64,000 nucleotides of DNA from an uncultured Planctomycetota bacterium (GTDB lineage: Bacteria > Planctomycetota > Planctomycetia > Gemmatales > Gemmataceae): assembly GCA_963849325.1 (NCBI GenBank), contig CAWKHF010000008.1, positions 96,001-160,000 on the forward strand, written 5' to 3'. This document shows positions 29,864 through 40,345 of this stretch, in pieces. The translations under genes and the position numbers were made by a program. Every line of letters starts with the position of its first letter. Position 1 is the first letter of the stretch. The notes under the pieces are model-generated. The model was not told the DNA's origin and did not search any database. It saw only the letters and a program-made list of their open reading frames with translations.

Positions 29864-31360
29864 TCACTTCGCGCGCGGCGGCGTCTTGACGATCGGATCG
29901 ACGTCGCCGCCGTTGAGCGCGGTCAGGAACAGGACCAGGGCGTCGATCTCGGCGCTGCTCAGATCGAGCAGGCGCGTTCGGCCGTCCTTGCCGAGCATCT
30001 CCGGGTCGAGGTAGTTGTTGCGCTCTGCGCCGATGTTGTAGAACTCGACCACCTCGCGCAGACGGCCCTTGTCGCCGTCGTGGAAATACGGCGCGGTGCG
30101 GAGCAGGTTGCGTAGCGTCGGCGTCTTGTAGGCGTCGATGAGATGGCGGTCCTTCTGGCCGATGGGCACCTGAGCGAAGCGGCCGCCCTCCTGGCCCGGC
30201 TTCGACGCGAGGCCGACGCCGAGGTTGTGGAAGTCATTGTCGGTGAAGGTCCGGCCGCTGTGGCAGCGATAGCAGTGCATGAGCGACCGCCCCTCGTCGC
30301 GGCCGTAAAACAGCAGATAACCACGGATCAGATCGGCGGCCACATCGGCCTTCTTCGCCTTCTCCCGACCCAACTCCTTCAGGGCGGCGTCATCGAGGAC
30401 CGCCTCGTAATGCTCCGCCTTCAACGTCGGACTATGTTTCTGGGTCTGCACGCGCAGGGCGCGGTCGTGGACGGAGTCGCCCGACAGGAGAGTGCGCAGA
30501 TAGGTGGCCAGCGCCCGGCCAACGGTGTCCTGGGTGATGTTGGTCCTCTGCTTGCCGTCCTTCTCGCCCGGCGGCGTGCCGAAGACCTCGTTGAAAGCCG
30601 GGTGGTAGTTCGGTTTGTTCCGCAGGCGATGGATGACGCCGGCCCAGGTATGGCGGAACGGCCCCGGTTTGTCCGGTTCGCGCTCGTCTTCGAGGGTGCG
30701 CTGGACCACTTCTTCGAGACGGCCGGACCGGCCGTCCCAGAACTGCCGGCGGTTAAAGACACCGTTGACCAACGTGGGCGTGTTGAAGCTGTCACGGTGG
30801 GTGCGTTCGCCGTCAGCGAAGCCATGCTCCGGCTGGTGACAGGTAGCGCAGGACGTGCCCGGCTTCGCTTCCAGCCAGGAGTCGTCGAAGAACAACCGCT
30901 GGCCCAGCTGCCATTTGCCGAGCGTCAGCGGATTGCCGGCCGGGACGTACTCACTGGGATCGGGCAGACCGAGCGGCACCTTGATGCGGACGATGGCGGC
31001 GCTACTGCCGGCGACGGCGCCGGCGGCCAGCGGCGGCAGACCGACGACCGCCGCCGCCTGGCCCGGCCTGGTCAACGGCGGCGCGTTCCAGAACGCCGGC
31101 AGCTTGGCCCACTCCTCCGGCGCCTTCTCGGCATGGACGAAATCAATGAGTACGTCAGGCTTGGGTGGCGTGAAGACGTCGATCCACTGGATGTCGGGGT
31201 CGAGCGGTTCGCGGCTCGCCTGGTGGGGTGTTTCGGGAGCCGGTTGCGTCTTCGCCGGCGCCTCGGCTCCCGGTCGAGGTCCGTAGCGCTCGGCCCGCTG
31301 ACATCCGCTCAGGAGAAATACCAGGGCGAGGCAGCACGGCAAACCGCGGAGGAGACGCAT
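29864..31360 (-). CDS. Di-heme cytochrome c peroxidase (CCP/MauG family) lipoprotein
   Basis: Lipobox LSGC; LGQRLFFD, CATCH, QFWDGR, CYRCH and YKTPTLRNLLRTAPYFHDG. Confidence 0.92.
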   Translation of the reverse strand: MRLLRGLPCCLALVFLLSGCQRAERYGPRPGAEAPAKTQPAPETPHQASREPLDPDIQWIDVFTPPKPDVLIDFVHAEKAPEEWAKLPAFWNAPPLTRPGQAAAVVGLPPLAAGAVAGSSAAIVRIKVPLGLPDPSEYVPAGNPLTLGKWQLGQRLFFDDSWLEAKPGTSCATCHQPEHGFADGERTHRDSFNTPTLVNGVFNRRQFWDGRSGRLEEVVQRTLEDEREPDKPGPFRHTWAGVIHRLRNKPNYHPAFNEVFGTPPGEKDGKQRTNITQDTVGRALATYLRTLLSGDSVHDRALRVQTQKHSPTLKAEHYEAVLDDAALKELGREKAKKADVAADLIRGYLLFYGRDEGRSLMHCYRCHSGRTFTDNDFHNLGVGLASKPGQEGGRFAQVPIGQKDRHLIDAYKTPTLRNLLRTAPYFHDGDKGRLREVVEFYNIGAERNNYLDPEMLGKDGRTRLLDLSSAEIDALVLFLTALNGGDVDPIVKTPPRAK

Positions 31361-31382
31361 GGCTATCCCTCCCTCGCCATCC

Positions 31383-31763
31383 TCATTTCTTGGCGCTGGC
31401 GGCGCGTTGCTCGACGGCGAGGTCGGCGAGCATCTTGGCGACGGCGTTGAGACGCTCCTGATTCTTGGCGATGTATTCCTCGGGCCCGCCCTTGTTGGCG
31501 ACGTGCTCGGCGATGGTCGGCGAGTCCACCATGTCGATGGCGTCCCACGGACACCAGCGCTCGCACAACGCGCAGCCGATGCAGCGTTCCAGGTCGATGT
31601 CCACGAACGACTGCAAGGACGGCAGGTCTTCGCCGGGCACCTTGTAGATGCAGTCCACCGGACAGACCTCGATGCAGGCCTCGCAGCCGGTGCAGTTGTC
31701 CGCCCGCACGACCGCCAGTTCCTTGGGGAGTTTCTTGCGTGCCTTGCCCGCGCCTTTCGCCAT
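31383..31763 (-). CDS. 2x[4Fe-4S] ferredoxin
   Basis: CTGCEACIEVCP and CIGCALCERWCP. Confidence 0.92.
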   Translation of the reverse strand: MAKGAGKARKKLPKELAVVRADNCTGCEACIEVCPVDCIYKVPGEDLPSLQSFVDIDLERCIGCALCERWCPWDAIDMVDSPTIAEHVANKGGPEEYIAKNQERLNAVAKMLADLAVEQRAASAKK

Positions 31764-31862
31764 GATGACCCTCGTTCGAGCGATGTCGTGAATGATCCCG
31801 CGTGGATGCACTCTATCTTAGCAGCCCGCCGTCTCGATGTCAGCAAACGCTGGGCGGAGATT

Positions 31863-32361
31863 TCAAGCCGGCGCATAGCGTGTCAGCCCCGGTACGCGGT
31901 CGAAGTCGGTGTCGTTGCTGGCGATGTTCGTCAAACCGTTCACCTGCATCACGGCCACAATCAAGCCATCGTTGGTCAGCAGGCCGATCTGCTGACAGAG
32001 GACCGCCCCGGCTGAGAGCAAGGCCGGGGCAATTGTCAGGATCTGAATCTTGCTCTGGAGCACCTCATCGAGAGCGAGCCGGAAGAGGCTCAGCTTCTGG
32101 ACCTCGGCTGGGTTGGTCCGCAGGCGATTGCCGATTCCCTGCACCGGCCACTTCAGGAGTTTCATCGCCTCGATGGTCATCATCCGGTGAGCCAGTTCAC
32201 TGAGTACATGCGTCGAGGTGAAGCCGAGGAGTCGTCCCTGCTCAATGCTCCGCACCAACTGCGCAAGCCGCTCCCAAGAGAGGGTGCGGCTGGAAGTAGT
32301 AAGTCAGCGTGTTGGCATCAATGAACACCGAGGTTCCAGCCGGGAGGTCATCAAAGGTCAT
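31863..32361 (-). CDS. PIN-domain (VapC-like) toxin; frameshift near 32258
   Basis: VFIDAN...STHVLSE...LLTNDGLIVA...ASNDTDFDRV acidic PIN residues. Confidence 0.85.
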
Positions 32362-32579
32362 GGCTCCTCCGAGGGTGGCGGGTAGTCCAACTCGGGATCC
32401 ATCGCGCAGAAGTCGGCCAACTCCACACTCCCGTTCCACCCCAGGATGCCGTAGGCTCGAAGAAGCGGCGTCTCTCCCTGCTGGAGATGGAGGCGTACCC
32501 GCTCCTGCTCCTTCAGCGGTAGCGGCTCGACCGGCTTGAGGACGCCGTTCTCGTAAATCGCTTCAAACGTCAAAGACAT
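32358..32579 (-). CDS. Antitoxin, AF2212/DUF104-like
   Basis: EAIYENGVLKPVEPLPLKEQERVRL; overlaps the PIN gene start by 4 nt. Confidence 0.87.
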   Translation of the reverse strand: MSLTFEAIYENGVLKPVEPLPLKEQERVRLHLQQGETPLLRAYGILGWNGSVELADFCAMDPELDYPPPSEEP

Positions 32580-32624
32580 GGCGGACCTTCCCTTGGTAAG
32601 AAGACCAATGAGTACGCCGCTATT

Positions 32625-33255
32625 TTACCCGATCACTTCCTCCGTCGCCGCGCCGTGTTGCTCCAGCAACCCGCGATACCACGTCTCCGCCTGTGCCGCT
32701 TGTCCGGATAGCGCCTTCGTGCCCCAGATCAGCGACAGCGTGCGCCGCGTGTCAGCTCGTCGTTTTGGTGCGCTGAGCATCCTTGACGGCGTTGGCGCAC
32801 GGCCCGTCCGCGTCGAACAGGCACAGCAGGCCGCCCAGGTCAATCGTTTGCCCCGAGGCGTTGAAGACGTAGGACGCCCCGGCCGGAGCCACGCCGACAC
32901 GCAGCGGCTCACGGGTTTGGTCCAGATCGACCACGCTGATCGGCAAACCGCTGTGCAGCGACACGATGTTGCAGGCATCCACGGCCAGGTTGATCGATGA
33001 CAGCACCTTGTCACTCGCGGCCCGGAGCAGGTACTCCGAGGCCGGCTTGCTGCGTCCGGTCGGCTTGAAACCGCCGTGACGCAGCAAGGCCCGCACGGCT
33101 TCGCGCACGCCGTCGTCGCTGTGCAACGGCGCCTCGGCATCGAGGACCAGCAGCGCCCGCAGCTCCGGCGGCGACGGCATTTCGCCCAGCGGACGCGGGA
33201 ACGTCGTCACGAAGGCTCGGAGGTCCAGCAGGGGATGCGCGTCGAGGGTGAGCAT
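32625..33255 (-). CDS. B3/4 (PheRS beta editing-like) domain protein; frameshift near 32755
   Basis: GFKPTGRSKPASEYLLR...INLAVDACNIVSLHSGLPISVVD...ANAVKDAQRTK. Confidence 0.82.
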
Positions 33256-33262
33256 GAGGTTG

Positions 33263-34525
33263 TTACTTGGTGGAGTCCGTGCCGATGCAGTACAGGTTGT
33301 GCAGAGCGCGGATGAAGATTTGGCCGTGCGCGATCGCCGGCGAGGCGTAGCATTCCTCGTCGAGCTTGTTTTTGTACAACACCTCGAACTTGGCATTGGC
33401 CTTGAGAATGTACGTGATGCCGTCGTCGTCGAGGAAATACAGATGATTGTCCGCCAGGACCGGCGAGGCGCTGACGTGACGGGCCAATTTCTCCTTCCAC
33501 AGTCGTTCGCCTGATTGGGTTTCGAGGCAACTGAGATAGCCCGTATCCGAGACGACATAAAAGTGTCCGTTGGCGGCGATGGGCGAGGGCACATAGGAGG
33601 CGCCGTCGCGGCGGTTGACCTTGTGGGGGATGTGCCAGCGGATGTAATTGCTCTTGGTGATGTTGCCGCTGCCTTCGGGGCTGATGCCCATTAAATGATA
33701 TTCGGGGAAGCCGGTCGTCAGGAACAACACGTCATCGAGGTAAACGAGGCTGGCGACGTACTGCTCGGTTGGGCCGTCGATGATCCACAGCCGTTCGCCG
33801 GTGTCGGCGTCGTAGCCGGTGACGCACTTGCTGCCGCTGAGCACCAACTGCGTCACTTCCGGCCTGTTCCGGGCGTGGATCAGGATGGGCGTGCAGTACG
33901 AGCGCGTACGGTTGGGACGATCGACGCGCCAGCGCTCGGCGCCGGTCTTCTTGTCCAGGGCGACGAGGTACGCCTTGGCGTCCTGATCGCCGTTGAGGAT
34001 GACGAGGTCCTTGTGCAAGATGGGCGAGCTGCAAAAACCGTGGACCGACAGCAGTTTGCCGGGCGAGCGCGTCCACACCTGTTTGCCGTCGAAGTCGTAG
34101 CAGGCGACCTGCATGTCGGGGTAGGCGAGGAAGGCGACCCAGACGTGTTGGCCGTCGGTGGCGGGCGTGGAGCTGGCGAAGCTGTTGAGCGGATGCTTCT
34201 TTTCGAGCTTGGCCGTCAGGACCACCTGCTGCCAGAGGATTTTGCCGTCGCGGCGGTCCAGACACATCAGCACGCGCTCGCCCTTGCCTTCCAGACAGGT
34301 TGTGACGAAGACGCGATCGCCCCAGACAACGGGAGAGGAATGACCCTTGCCGGGAATGGGCGTTTTCCAGCGGACGTTGTCCGTCGCACTCCAGGTTCGG
34401 GGGATTCCCTTCTCGCTGGATGTGCCGTCGCCGCGCGGACCGCGCCAGACGGGCCATTCCTCGGCGCGGACGACGCCGGCGAGAAGAGAGAGGATGCAAG
34501 TCAACGCGAGGGTCGGCAGTCTCAT
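33263..34525 (-). CDS. PQQ-binding-like beta-propeller protein, secreted
   Basis: Signal peptide; WPVWRGPRGDG, GHSSPVVWGD, FASSTPATDG and YVPSPI. Confidence 0.88.
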   Translation of the reverse strand: MRLPTLALTCILSLLAGVVRAEEWPVWRGPRGDGTSSEKGIPRTWSATDNVRWKTPIPGKGHSSPVVWGDRVFVTTCLEGKGERVLMCLDRRDGKILWQQVVLTAKLEKKHPLNSFASSTPATDGQHVWVAFLAYPDMQVACYDFDGKQVWTRSPGKLLSVHGFCSSPILHKDLVILNGDQDAKAYLVALDKKTGAERWRVDRPNRTRSYCTPILIHARNRPEVTQLVLSGSKCVTGYDADTGERLWIIDGPTEQYVASLVYLDDVLFLTTGFPEYHLMGISPEGSGNITKSNYIRWHIPHKVNRRDGASYVPSPIAANGHFYVVSDTGYLSCLETQSGERLWKEKLARHVSASPVLADNHLYFLDDDGITYILKANAKFEVLYKNKLDEECYASPAIAHGQIFIRALHNLYCIGTDSTK

Positions 34526-34561
34526 TCAGGTGTACTCCTGCGAGGTATCCCACAAGGCGGG

Positions 34562-34604
34562 GCCGCTTGCGGCTTAGCGCCAGGAACGCCAGGCCGCGAG
34601 CGGC
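34562..34604. repeat. REP-like palindrome, family E (degenerate)
   Basis: gccgcttgcggcttagcg...cgccaggccgcgagcggc; compare 39311. Confidence 0.65.
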
Positions 34605-35546
34605 TCATTCCAGGGCGTGTACGTATCCCAGCGGCGGCAAGGGACGGCGCTGTCCGTCTTCTTCCAACCACAGCCCTTCCTCCGCGACGCATTCGCCGAT
34701 GGCGGCCAATCCGGAGACCGGCGGCGCGCGAAGCAGGGATTGGGCGTCATCGGGCGAGACGGCGAAGACCAGCTCGAAGTCTTCGCCGTCGGCCAGGGCG
34801 TGCTCCAGGGGCGAACGACCGTCGGCCATCGCGCGAGCGGCGTCGGCGATGGGAAGAGCGTCGGCGCGGAGGACGGCGCCGCAGCCGCTCTCGGCGCACA
34901 GGTGGGCGACGTCGGCGGCCAGGCCGTCGCTGACGTCGATCATGGCGTGCAGGGCGACGACGGCGTGCAGGGCCAGCGCTTCGCGGATGCGCGGCGTGAA
35001 GTCCAGGTGCTTGCCCCGCAGACTGCCGCCCAGCGGTCCCGTCACGAACAGCCGGTCGCCGGGACGAGCGCCGCGGCGGCGGACGGCGCCGCGCGGCGTC
35101 GCCTCGCCCAGCAGCGTGACGTTGAGGACCAGCGGGCCGTCCCAGCTGTTCGTATCGCCGCCGACGATGGCCGTGTCGAAGGCGTCGGCCATCTCGCGCA
35201 GACCGAGGTAAAGTTCCTCGGCCAGCGCTCGGCCGCCCCGACGCGGCAGACCGACGCTGACAACGGCGGCGATCGGCACGCCGGCCATGGCGGCGATGTC
35301 GCTGAGGTTGACCGCCATCGCCTTGCGGCCAATCTGCCGGGCCGTGCCCGCCCCTGGCGCTCCGGGGTGGGTCTCGGCCAGGCGGAAACAGCTGCCCTCC
35401 AGGAGCATATCCGTTGTCACCAGGCAGTTCGAGCCATTCGGCCAGCGTAGGATGGCCGTATCGTCGCCCGGTCCCAGCAGCACGCGCTCCGCCGTCGGCG
35501 TTCGCCGCCGCAGCCAATCGATGAAGGCAAACTCACCGCTCGTCAC
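34605..35546 (-). CDS. thiL: Thiamine-monophosphate kinase
   Basis: EFAFID, GPGDDTA, TTDMLLEG, KAMAVNLSDIAAM, GGDT, MIDVSDGL and GEDFEL. Confidence 0.95.
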   Translation of the reverse strand: MTSGEFAFIDWLRRRTPTAERVLLGPGDDTAILRWPNGSNCLVTTDMLLEGSCFRLAETHPGAPGAGTARQIGRKAMAVNLSDIAAMAGVPIAAVVSVGLPRRGGRALAEELYLGLREMADAFDTAIVGGDTNSWDGPLVLNVTLLGEATPRGAVRRRGARPGDRLFVTGPLGGSLRGKHLDFTPRIREALALHAVVALHAMIDVSDGLAADVAHLCAESGCGAVLRADALPIADAARAMADGRSPLEHALADGEDFELVFAVSPDDAQSLLRAPPVSGLAAIGECVAEEGLWLEEDGQRRPLPPLGYVHALE

Positions 35547-35756
35547 GGTATGCGTCTCGACTGCCGCGCCGCTTGCGGGTTCGCGCCAAATTATCAGCGG
35601 CGCAGGCTATTTCTCAGGCTACTGACGCCGCGGCCGACACACCAGCGAAAATTATTGTAAAGTTGTCAATAGGCGCTCCGTCGCCGGCTTTCTCCCTTTC
35701 GCCACCAGAAGGCCGACGACGAAGTCCGGCTATTCGGTTGGGACGCGAGATCCTGC

Positions 35757-37619
35757 ATGACTGTCCTCACGGCCTTCCTCTCCCTCGGCGAGCCTTCCTT
35801 CCGCCCGCGTGTCTTCGGTGCCAGCCCGTTTCGCACCGATGGAGAGTTGCTCGCCCTCCGCTTCGCCCCGGATGGCAGTTTGTGGTCCGTCGAGGAGCCG
35901 GGCGTGCTGCGCCACTGGGACCTCCGCATGCGGCAGCAGATCGGCTGGCACGAACTGGCCGATCCGGCGGCGCTGTGGTGCTTCAGCGCCTCGGCCCATT
36001 ACGTCGCGGCCGGCAGCGACGAGCTGTCCGTCTGGGAGACGGCCACGGGCGAGGCGTGCGCCTGCTGGCCGCAGTCGTCGTGGGTGACGGCGCTGGCGTT
36101 TCAGCCGAATGGCCTGCTCCTGGCCAGTGGACACGATGACGGCGTTGTCCGGTTGTGGCACCATGCCGACAAGCGGCTGGCCTACGAGCTGCGGCCGCCG
36201 TTGTCGCCGTCCGGCTCCGCCGCCGGTTCGGCCATCAGCGCCCTGGCCTTCAGTCTCGACGGCCGACTGCTGGCCGTCGCCGACGAAGACCGGAGCATCT
36301 TCCTGTGGCAGGTGGCCGGCGGCGAACTGCGCGGTCGAATGTCCGGCCATACCGACCGCATTCCCGCCCTGGCCTGGCTGCCCGACGGCCGCCGACTCGT
36401 CTCGGCCGGCTGGGACACCACTGCCCGCTTGTGGTACGCGCCCACCGGCGAGCCGATCGTCCTGCTCAACAGCCATGCCGGCCAGGTCCAGGCGCTGGCC
36501 GTCACGCCGGATGGTCAACGCCTGGCCTGCGCCGACTCGGCCCACGCCATCCACATCTGGGACAGCAATCGTTATCGGACGTTGACGGTGCTGCGCGATC
36601 ACGTCAACGAGGTGCGCTGCCTGGCCTTCAGCCCGGATGGGCGCTGCCTGGCCTCGGGCGGCGTCGGCCGGTTCATCCACGTCTGGGACGCCCGCGACGG
36701 CGCCGAGGGGCAGGACACCGCCGATCCGCTGCTGGCGCGGACGTGTCTGGCCGTCAGCCCCGACGGCCGGCGTTTGGCCAGCCTGGGCACTGGCACTCCT
36801 CTGCGCGTCTGGGACACGGCGACGACGCAGCCGATCGTCGAGCTGGAGGACGCCCCAACGCTGCGGGCCTTCGCGGCCAGCCCGGACGGCCGCTGGTTCG
36901 CCGGCAGCCTGGCCGGGCCGGAGGCGCCTGAGGCCAACCGCGATACGCTCGCCCTGTGGCGGGCCGACGACGGCCGACGCGAAAAGCTCCTCGGAGGACA
37001 GGCCGAGCCGATCACCGTCCTCGCCTTCAGCCCGGACTCGGCGACCCTCGCCTCGGCCGGACTGCGCAGCAGCGACGTGTGGCTGTGGGACGTCGCCTCC
37101 GGCGAACCGCTGCTGATGCTGCCCGATGTCGTCGAAGGGTGCAGCGTCGAGGCGCTGGCGTTTCAGCCGAGCGGACGATTGCTGGCGATCGGCGGTATCG
37201 ACTGGCTGGCCGCGCGCGGCGCCGAGGGCCGCATCGTCCTGTGGGACCGCGATCAACGACAAACCGTCGCCATCCTGGCCGGTGGGACCGGCAGTCTGTC
37301 CTTCCATCCTTCCGGCCGCCGCCTGGCCGCGGCGACGCTGACGCAGAGCATCGCCATCTGGGACGTGGACGCCCGGCAACAGCGGCGGGAACTGACCGGC
37401 CATCTCGACGCCGTGACGTGCCTCGCCTACAGTCCCGATGGCCGTTGGCTGGCCTCCGGTAGCGACGATCGCACCGTGCGTCTGTGGGACGCGGACAGCG
37501 GTGCGCCGCGCGGCCTGATGGAGCTGGACACGCAGATCAAGGCGCTGGCCTTCGCGCCGGACGGTCAATCACTCTTCACCGGCAACGGCACAACCAGTTG
37601 TTATCAGCTCCGGGTTTAG
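35757..37619 (+). CDS. WD40-repeat protein
   Basis: Many GH...V..LAFSPDG..LASG..D..VRLWD repeats. Confidence 0.92.
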   Translation: MTVLTAFLSLGEPSFRPRVFGASPFRTDGELLALRFAPDGSLWSVEEPGVLRHWDLRMRQQIGWHELADPAALWCFSASAHYVAAGSDELSVWETATGEACACWPQSSWVTALAFQPNGLLLASGHDDGVVRLWHHADKRLAYELRPPLSPSGSAAGSAISALAFSLDGRLLAVADEDRSIFLWQVAGGELRGRMSGHTDRIPALAWLPDGRRLVSAGWDTTARLWYAPTGEPIVLLNSHAGQVQALAVTPDGQRLACADSAHAIHIWDSNRYRTLTVLRDHVNEVRCLAFSPDGRCLASGGVGRFIHVWDARDGAEGQDTADPLLARTCLAVSPDGRRLASLGTGTPLRVWDTATTQPIVELEDAPTLRAFAASPDGRWFAGSLAGPEAPEANRDTLALWRADDGRREKLLGGQAEPITVLAFSPDSATLASAGLRSSDVWLWDVASGEPLLMLPDVVEGCSVEALAFQPSGRLLAIGGIDWLAARGAEGRIVLWDRDQRQTVAILAGGTGSLSFHPSGRRLAAATLTQSIAIWDVDARQQRRELTGHLDAVTCLAYSPDGRWLASGSDDRTVRLWDADSGAPRGLMELDTQIKALAFAPDGQSLFTGNGTTSCYQLRV

Positions 37620-37638
37620 TTAGGGTTTAGGGTATGGC

Positions 37639-37696
37639 CGAGCGGGGGCGTCAGCCGGCTGGTTGGCCTGCACCAGCCGGCTGACGCCCCCGCTCG
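37639..37696. repeat. REP-like palindrome, family C
   Basis: cgagcgggggcgtcagccggctgg...ccagccggctgacgcccccgctcg. Confidence 0.85.
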
Positions 37697-37719
37697 CCTC
37701 GAAACCCGAGACCCCAAGC

Positions 37720-39304
37720 ATGGCGGACCCTGTGACGCAGACCAGTCCTCCGCCGCCCGGCCGACTGCCCAGCGGCGAACTCGACCTGACCGGCCGAACC
37801 CTGGCCGACTTCCACGTCCTGCGCCATCTCGGCCAGGGCGGCATGGGCCAGGTTTACCTCGCCGAACAGGTCTCGCTGCAGCGCAAGGTCGCCCTGAAGA
37901 TCCTTCGGCCGGAGCTGGCGGCCGACCCCACCGCCCTGCAACGCTTCAAGGCCGAGGCCACCGCCATCGCCCAGGCCACCCACGCCAACATCGTCCAGGT
38001 CTACGCCATCGGCGAGACCGACGGTATGTCGTACATGGCCCTGGAATACGTCGAGGGCCGCAACCTGCGCGAATTCCTGCTCAAGAAGGGTCCGCCCGAC
38101 GTGCTGCTGGCGCTGAGCATTCTCCGCCAGGTGGCGTCGGCGTTGCAGCGGGCCAGCGAGCTGGGCATCATCCACCGCGACATCAAGCCGGAGAACATCC
38201 TGCTGACGCGCAAGGGCGAGGTCAAGGTCGCCGACTTCGGTCTGGTCCGCTGCCTGGCCGGCGATCGTCCGGCCCTCAACCTGACGCAGAGCGGCGTGAC
38301 GATGGGTACGCCGTTGTACATGAGCCCCGAGCAGGTCGAAGGCAAGTCGGTGGATTGCCGTACCGACATCTACTCGCTGGGCGTCACCTGTTATCACATG
38401 CTGGCCGGCCATCCGCCCTTCCAGGGCGATTCGCCGTTCGAGGTGGCCCTGCAACACGTTCGCACCGAGCCGAAGCCGTTGGCGGAAGTCCGCCCCGACC
38501 TGCCGCCGGACCTGGCCGTCCTCGTCCACAAGATGATGGCCAAGGATCCCGCCCAGCGTCACCAGACCGGCTGGGAACTGCTGCAAGACATCGTCCGTCT
38601 GCGCGAGGGGCTGAGCGGACAGACCGGGGCGGTGTCGTCGCTGCTGGAGTCGGCCGAGATGGGGACGGAGTCGCCAACCAGCAGGGCCGCGCCGACAGCC
38701 GTGACGCCGCTCCCCCGCCGCTGGAGGTGGCGCGGGCCGGTCTTCGTCGTCAGCGTGCTGCTGGCCGCCGCCGTCGGCGCCGGCATCGGCTGGTTCCGTC
38801 ATCGCCTGGCCTTCCCGTTGCACGGCACGGTCACTCCCGCGCCGGACGACGAGGGCAAGACGGTCCCGCCGGCGAAAAGCGAGGAGGCCACCCTGCGCTC
38901 CGTCATCGAGCCGTATTTGACGTTCCGGCCGCACCGACGCCGTGGAGACCCAGTTCGGCCTGGTGCTGTGCATGAAGCTGAGCGTGTTCTACCTGGAGCA
39001 CGATCGCCTCGACGACGCCCTGGACCTGTTCCAACGTCTGGAACATCATCGCATGATGATCTACCGCCTACTCGGTCGCATCGGGCGCGGCATGGTGCTG
39101 GCGCTGCAGAGCCGCAGCCAGGAATCGAACGAACTGTTCCGCGAAGTGTACGTCCACGGCCGCGACAAGTCCGGCAAACAGCGCCTCGACAATCTGTGGC
39201 GCGAAGAAAAATGGCGCTACTGGATGCGCAAGGCGCTGCATTACAATCGACAGAACGGCGTGAAACTGGAGGACATTCCCTCCGCGCTGCACAAGTTGAT
39301 GTGA
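37720..39304 (+). CDS. Hanks-type Ser/Thr protein kinase, membrane-anchored; frameshift near 38930
   Basis: LGQGGMGQVY, VALK, HRDIKPEN, DFG, GTPLYMSPEQ, DIYSLG; transmembrane segment; C-terminal helical domain in ORF 38942..39304. Confidence 0.92.
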
Positions 39305-39310
39305 CCTCGA

Positions 39311-39357
39311 AAGCCGCTTGCGGCTTAGCGCGGAGAACGCTAAGCCGCAAGCGGCTT
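39311..39357. repeat. REP-like palindrome, family E, between convergent genes (possible bidirectional terminator)
   Basis: aagccgcttgcggcttagcg-cggagaa-cgctaagccgcaagcggctt. Confidence 0.85.
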
Positions 39358-39363
39358 CTCTCC

Positions 39364-40323
39364 TTACGGTTCCTTCTTACGGGCCTTTTCGATCTGGGCA
39401 TCGGTGAGCGTCAGGCGGATGCTCACGTCGTTCTTGTCCGTCCTCAGCTTGAGGTTGTCGATCAGCTGCTTGACGAGGCGGGCGCTGGTGTCCTTGCCGG
39501 CGCCCAGGAAGGCGAGCAGGGGCATCAACTCGTCGAACTTGCCCTTGATCTGGGCGGCGGCCGTCGGATTGCTGGTGTGGACGACCAGCGATAACTGGGC
39601 GTCGTCGCTCAGCTCCAGGGCGCCCGTGATCGATTGCAGGGCGTCGGCGAAGTTCTTGGCCGTGTCGTCGGCCTTGAGCAGTTGCTTGAGCGGATCGGTG
39701 GCGACCATCGCCAACCAGGCGCTTTCGTCGCCCTTGAGATGGTCCAGCGCGGCTTGCATGTCCTTGTTGACGCGCTGGGCCGGCTGATCCGCCCGCTTCA
39801 CGGCGACGGCCGTGTCTTTCGCCGTTGCGGTCATCACCAGCGTGTCCTTGCCGGCGAAGGCGGCGAAGAACGACTTGTTGTCCGAGGTGATCTCCCACAT
39901 CGGCAGCTCGCCCTCCGTGAGGACCTTGAGCCGGCCGGGGTGCTTGCGCGCGTAGTCGGTGGCGGCGGCCCGCGCCTTGTCCGGGTCGAAGCGGCCACGG
40001 ACCACGGCCAGCAGCTTGCCCGTCGTGGCCGGGTTGCCCGATGTGCTGAGGCTGAGAGTGTCGATGTCCTTGAGCGGATCGAGTCCGGCAGCGGTCAAGA
40101 GCTGCCGCAGTTCGTCGTTGCGCCGCAGCAACAGTTGAAGCGGATCGAGGGCGTGTTTTTGCACCACCGGCGTCCGCAACATCTGGCGGACGTTGACCGC
40201 GACCACCACTTCGGCGTCGGCGGGCGTCAGTCGATCCGGTTCGGCTCGCGCCGCCGCCGGCGACGGCGCGGCCAGGCACGGAGCGAGCAGGCAGACAATC
40301 GCGATCATTCGCCGGGTTTTCAT
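39364..40323 (-). CDS. Exported hypothetical protein, paralog of 40346..41335
   Basis: Signal peptide; P.D.E.V..VNVRQ.L..P...KHAL...G.DP.KD.D...V.GRFD shared with its neighbour. Confidence 0.8.
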   Translation of the reverse strand: MKTRRMIAIVCLLAPCLAAPSPAAARAEPDRLTPADAEVVVAVNVRQMLRTPVVQKHALDPLQLLLRRNDELRQLLTAAGLDPLKDIDTLSLSTSGNPATTGKLLAVVRGRFDPDKARAAATDYARKHPGRLKVLTEGELPMWEITSDNKSFFAAFAGKDTLVMTATAKDTAVAVKRADQPAQRVNKDMQAALDHLKGDESAWLAMVATDPLKQLLKADDTAKNFADALQSITGALELSDDAQLSLVVHTSNPTAAAQIKGKFDELMPLLAFLGAGKDTSARLVKQLIDNLKLRTDKNDVSIRLTLTDAQIEKARKKEP

Positions 40324-40345
40324 AAGAGATCGAGTCCTTTCGAGG

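Noticed and set aside
29864-31876. 670-aa ORF as a ferredoxin-peroxidase fusion
   Set aside because: The ferredoxin is in a different frame with its own stop at 31383; the peroxidase has its own RBS and lipoprotein signal at 31360.
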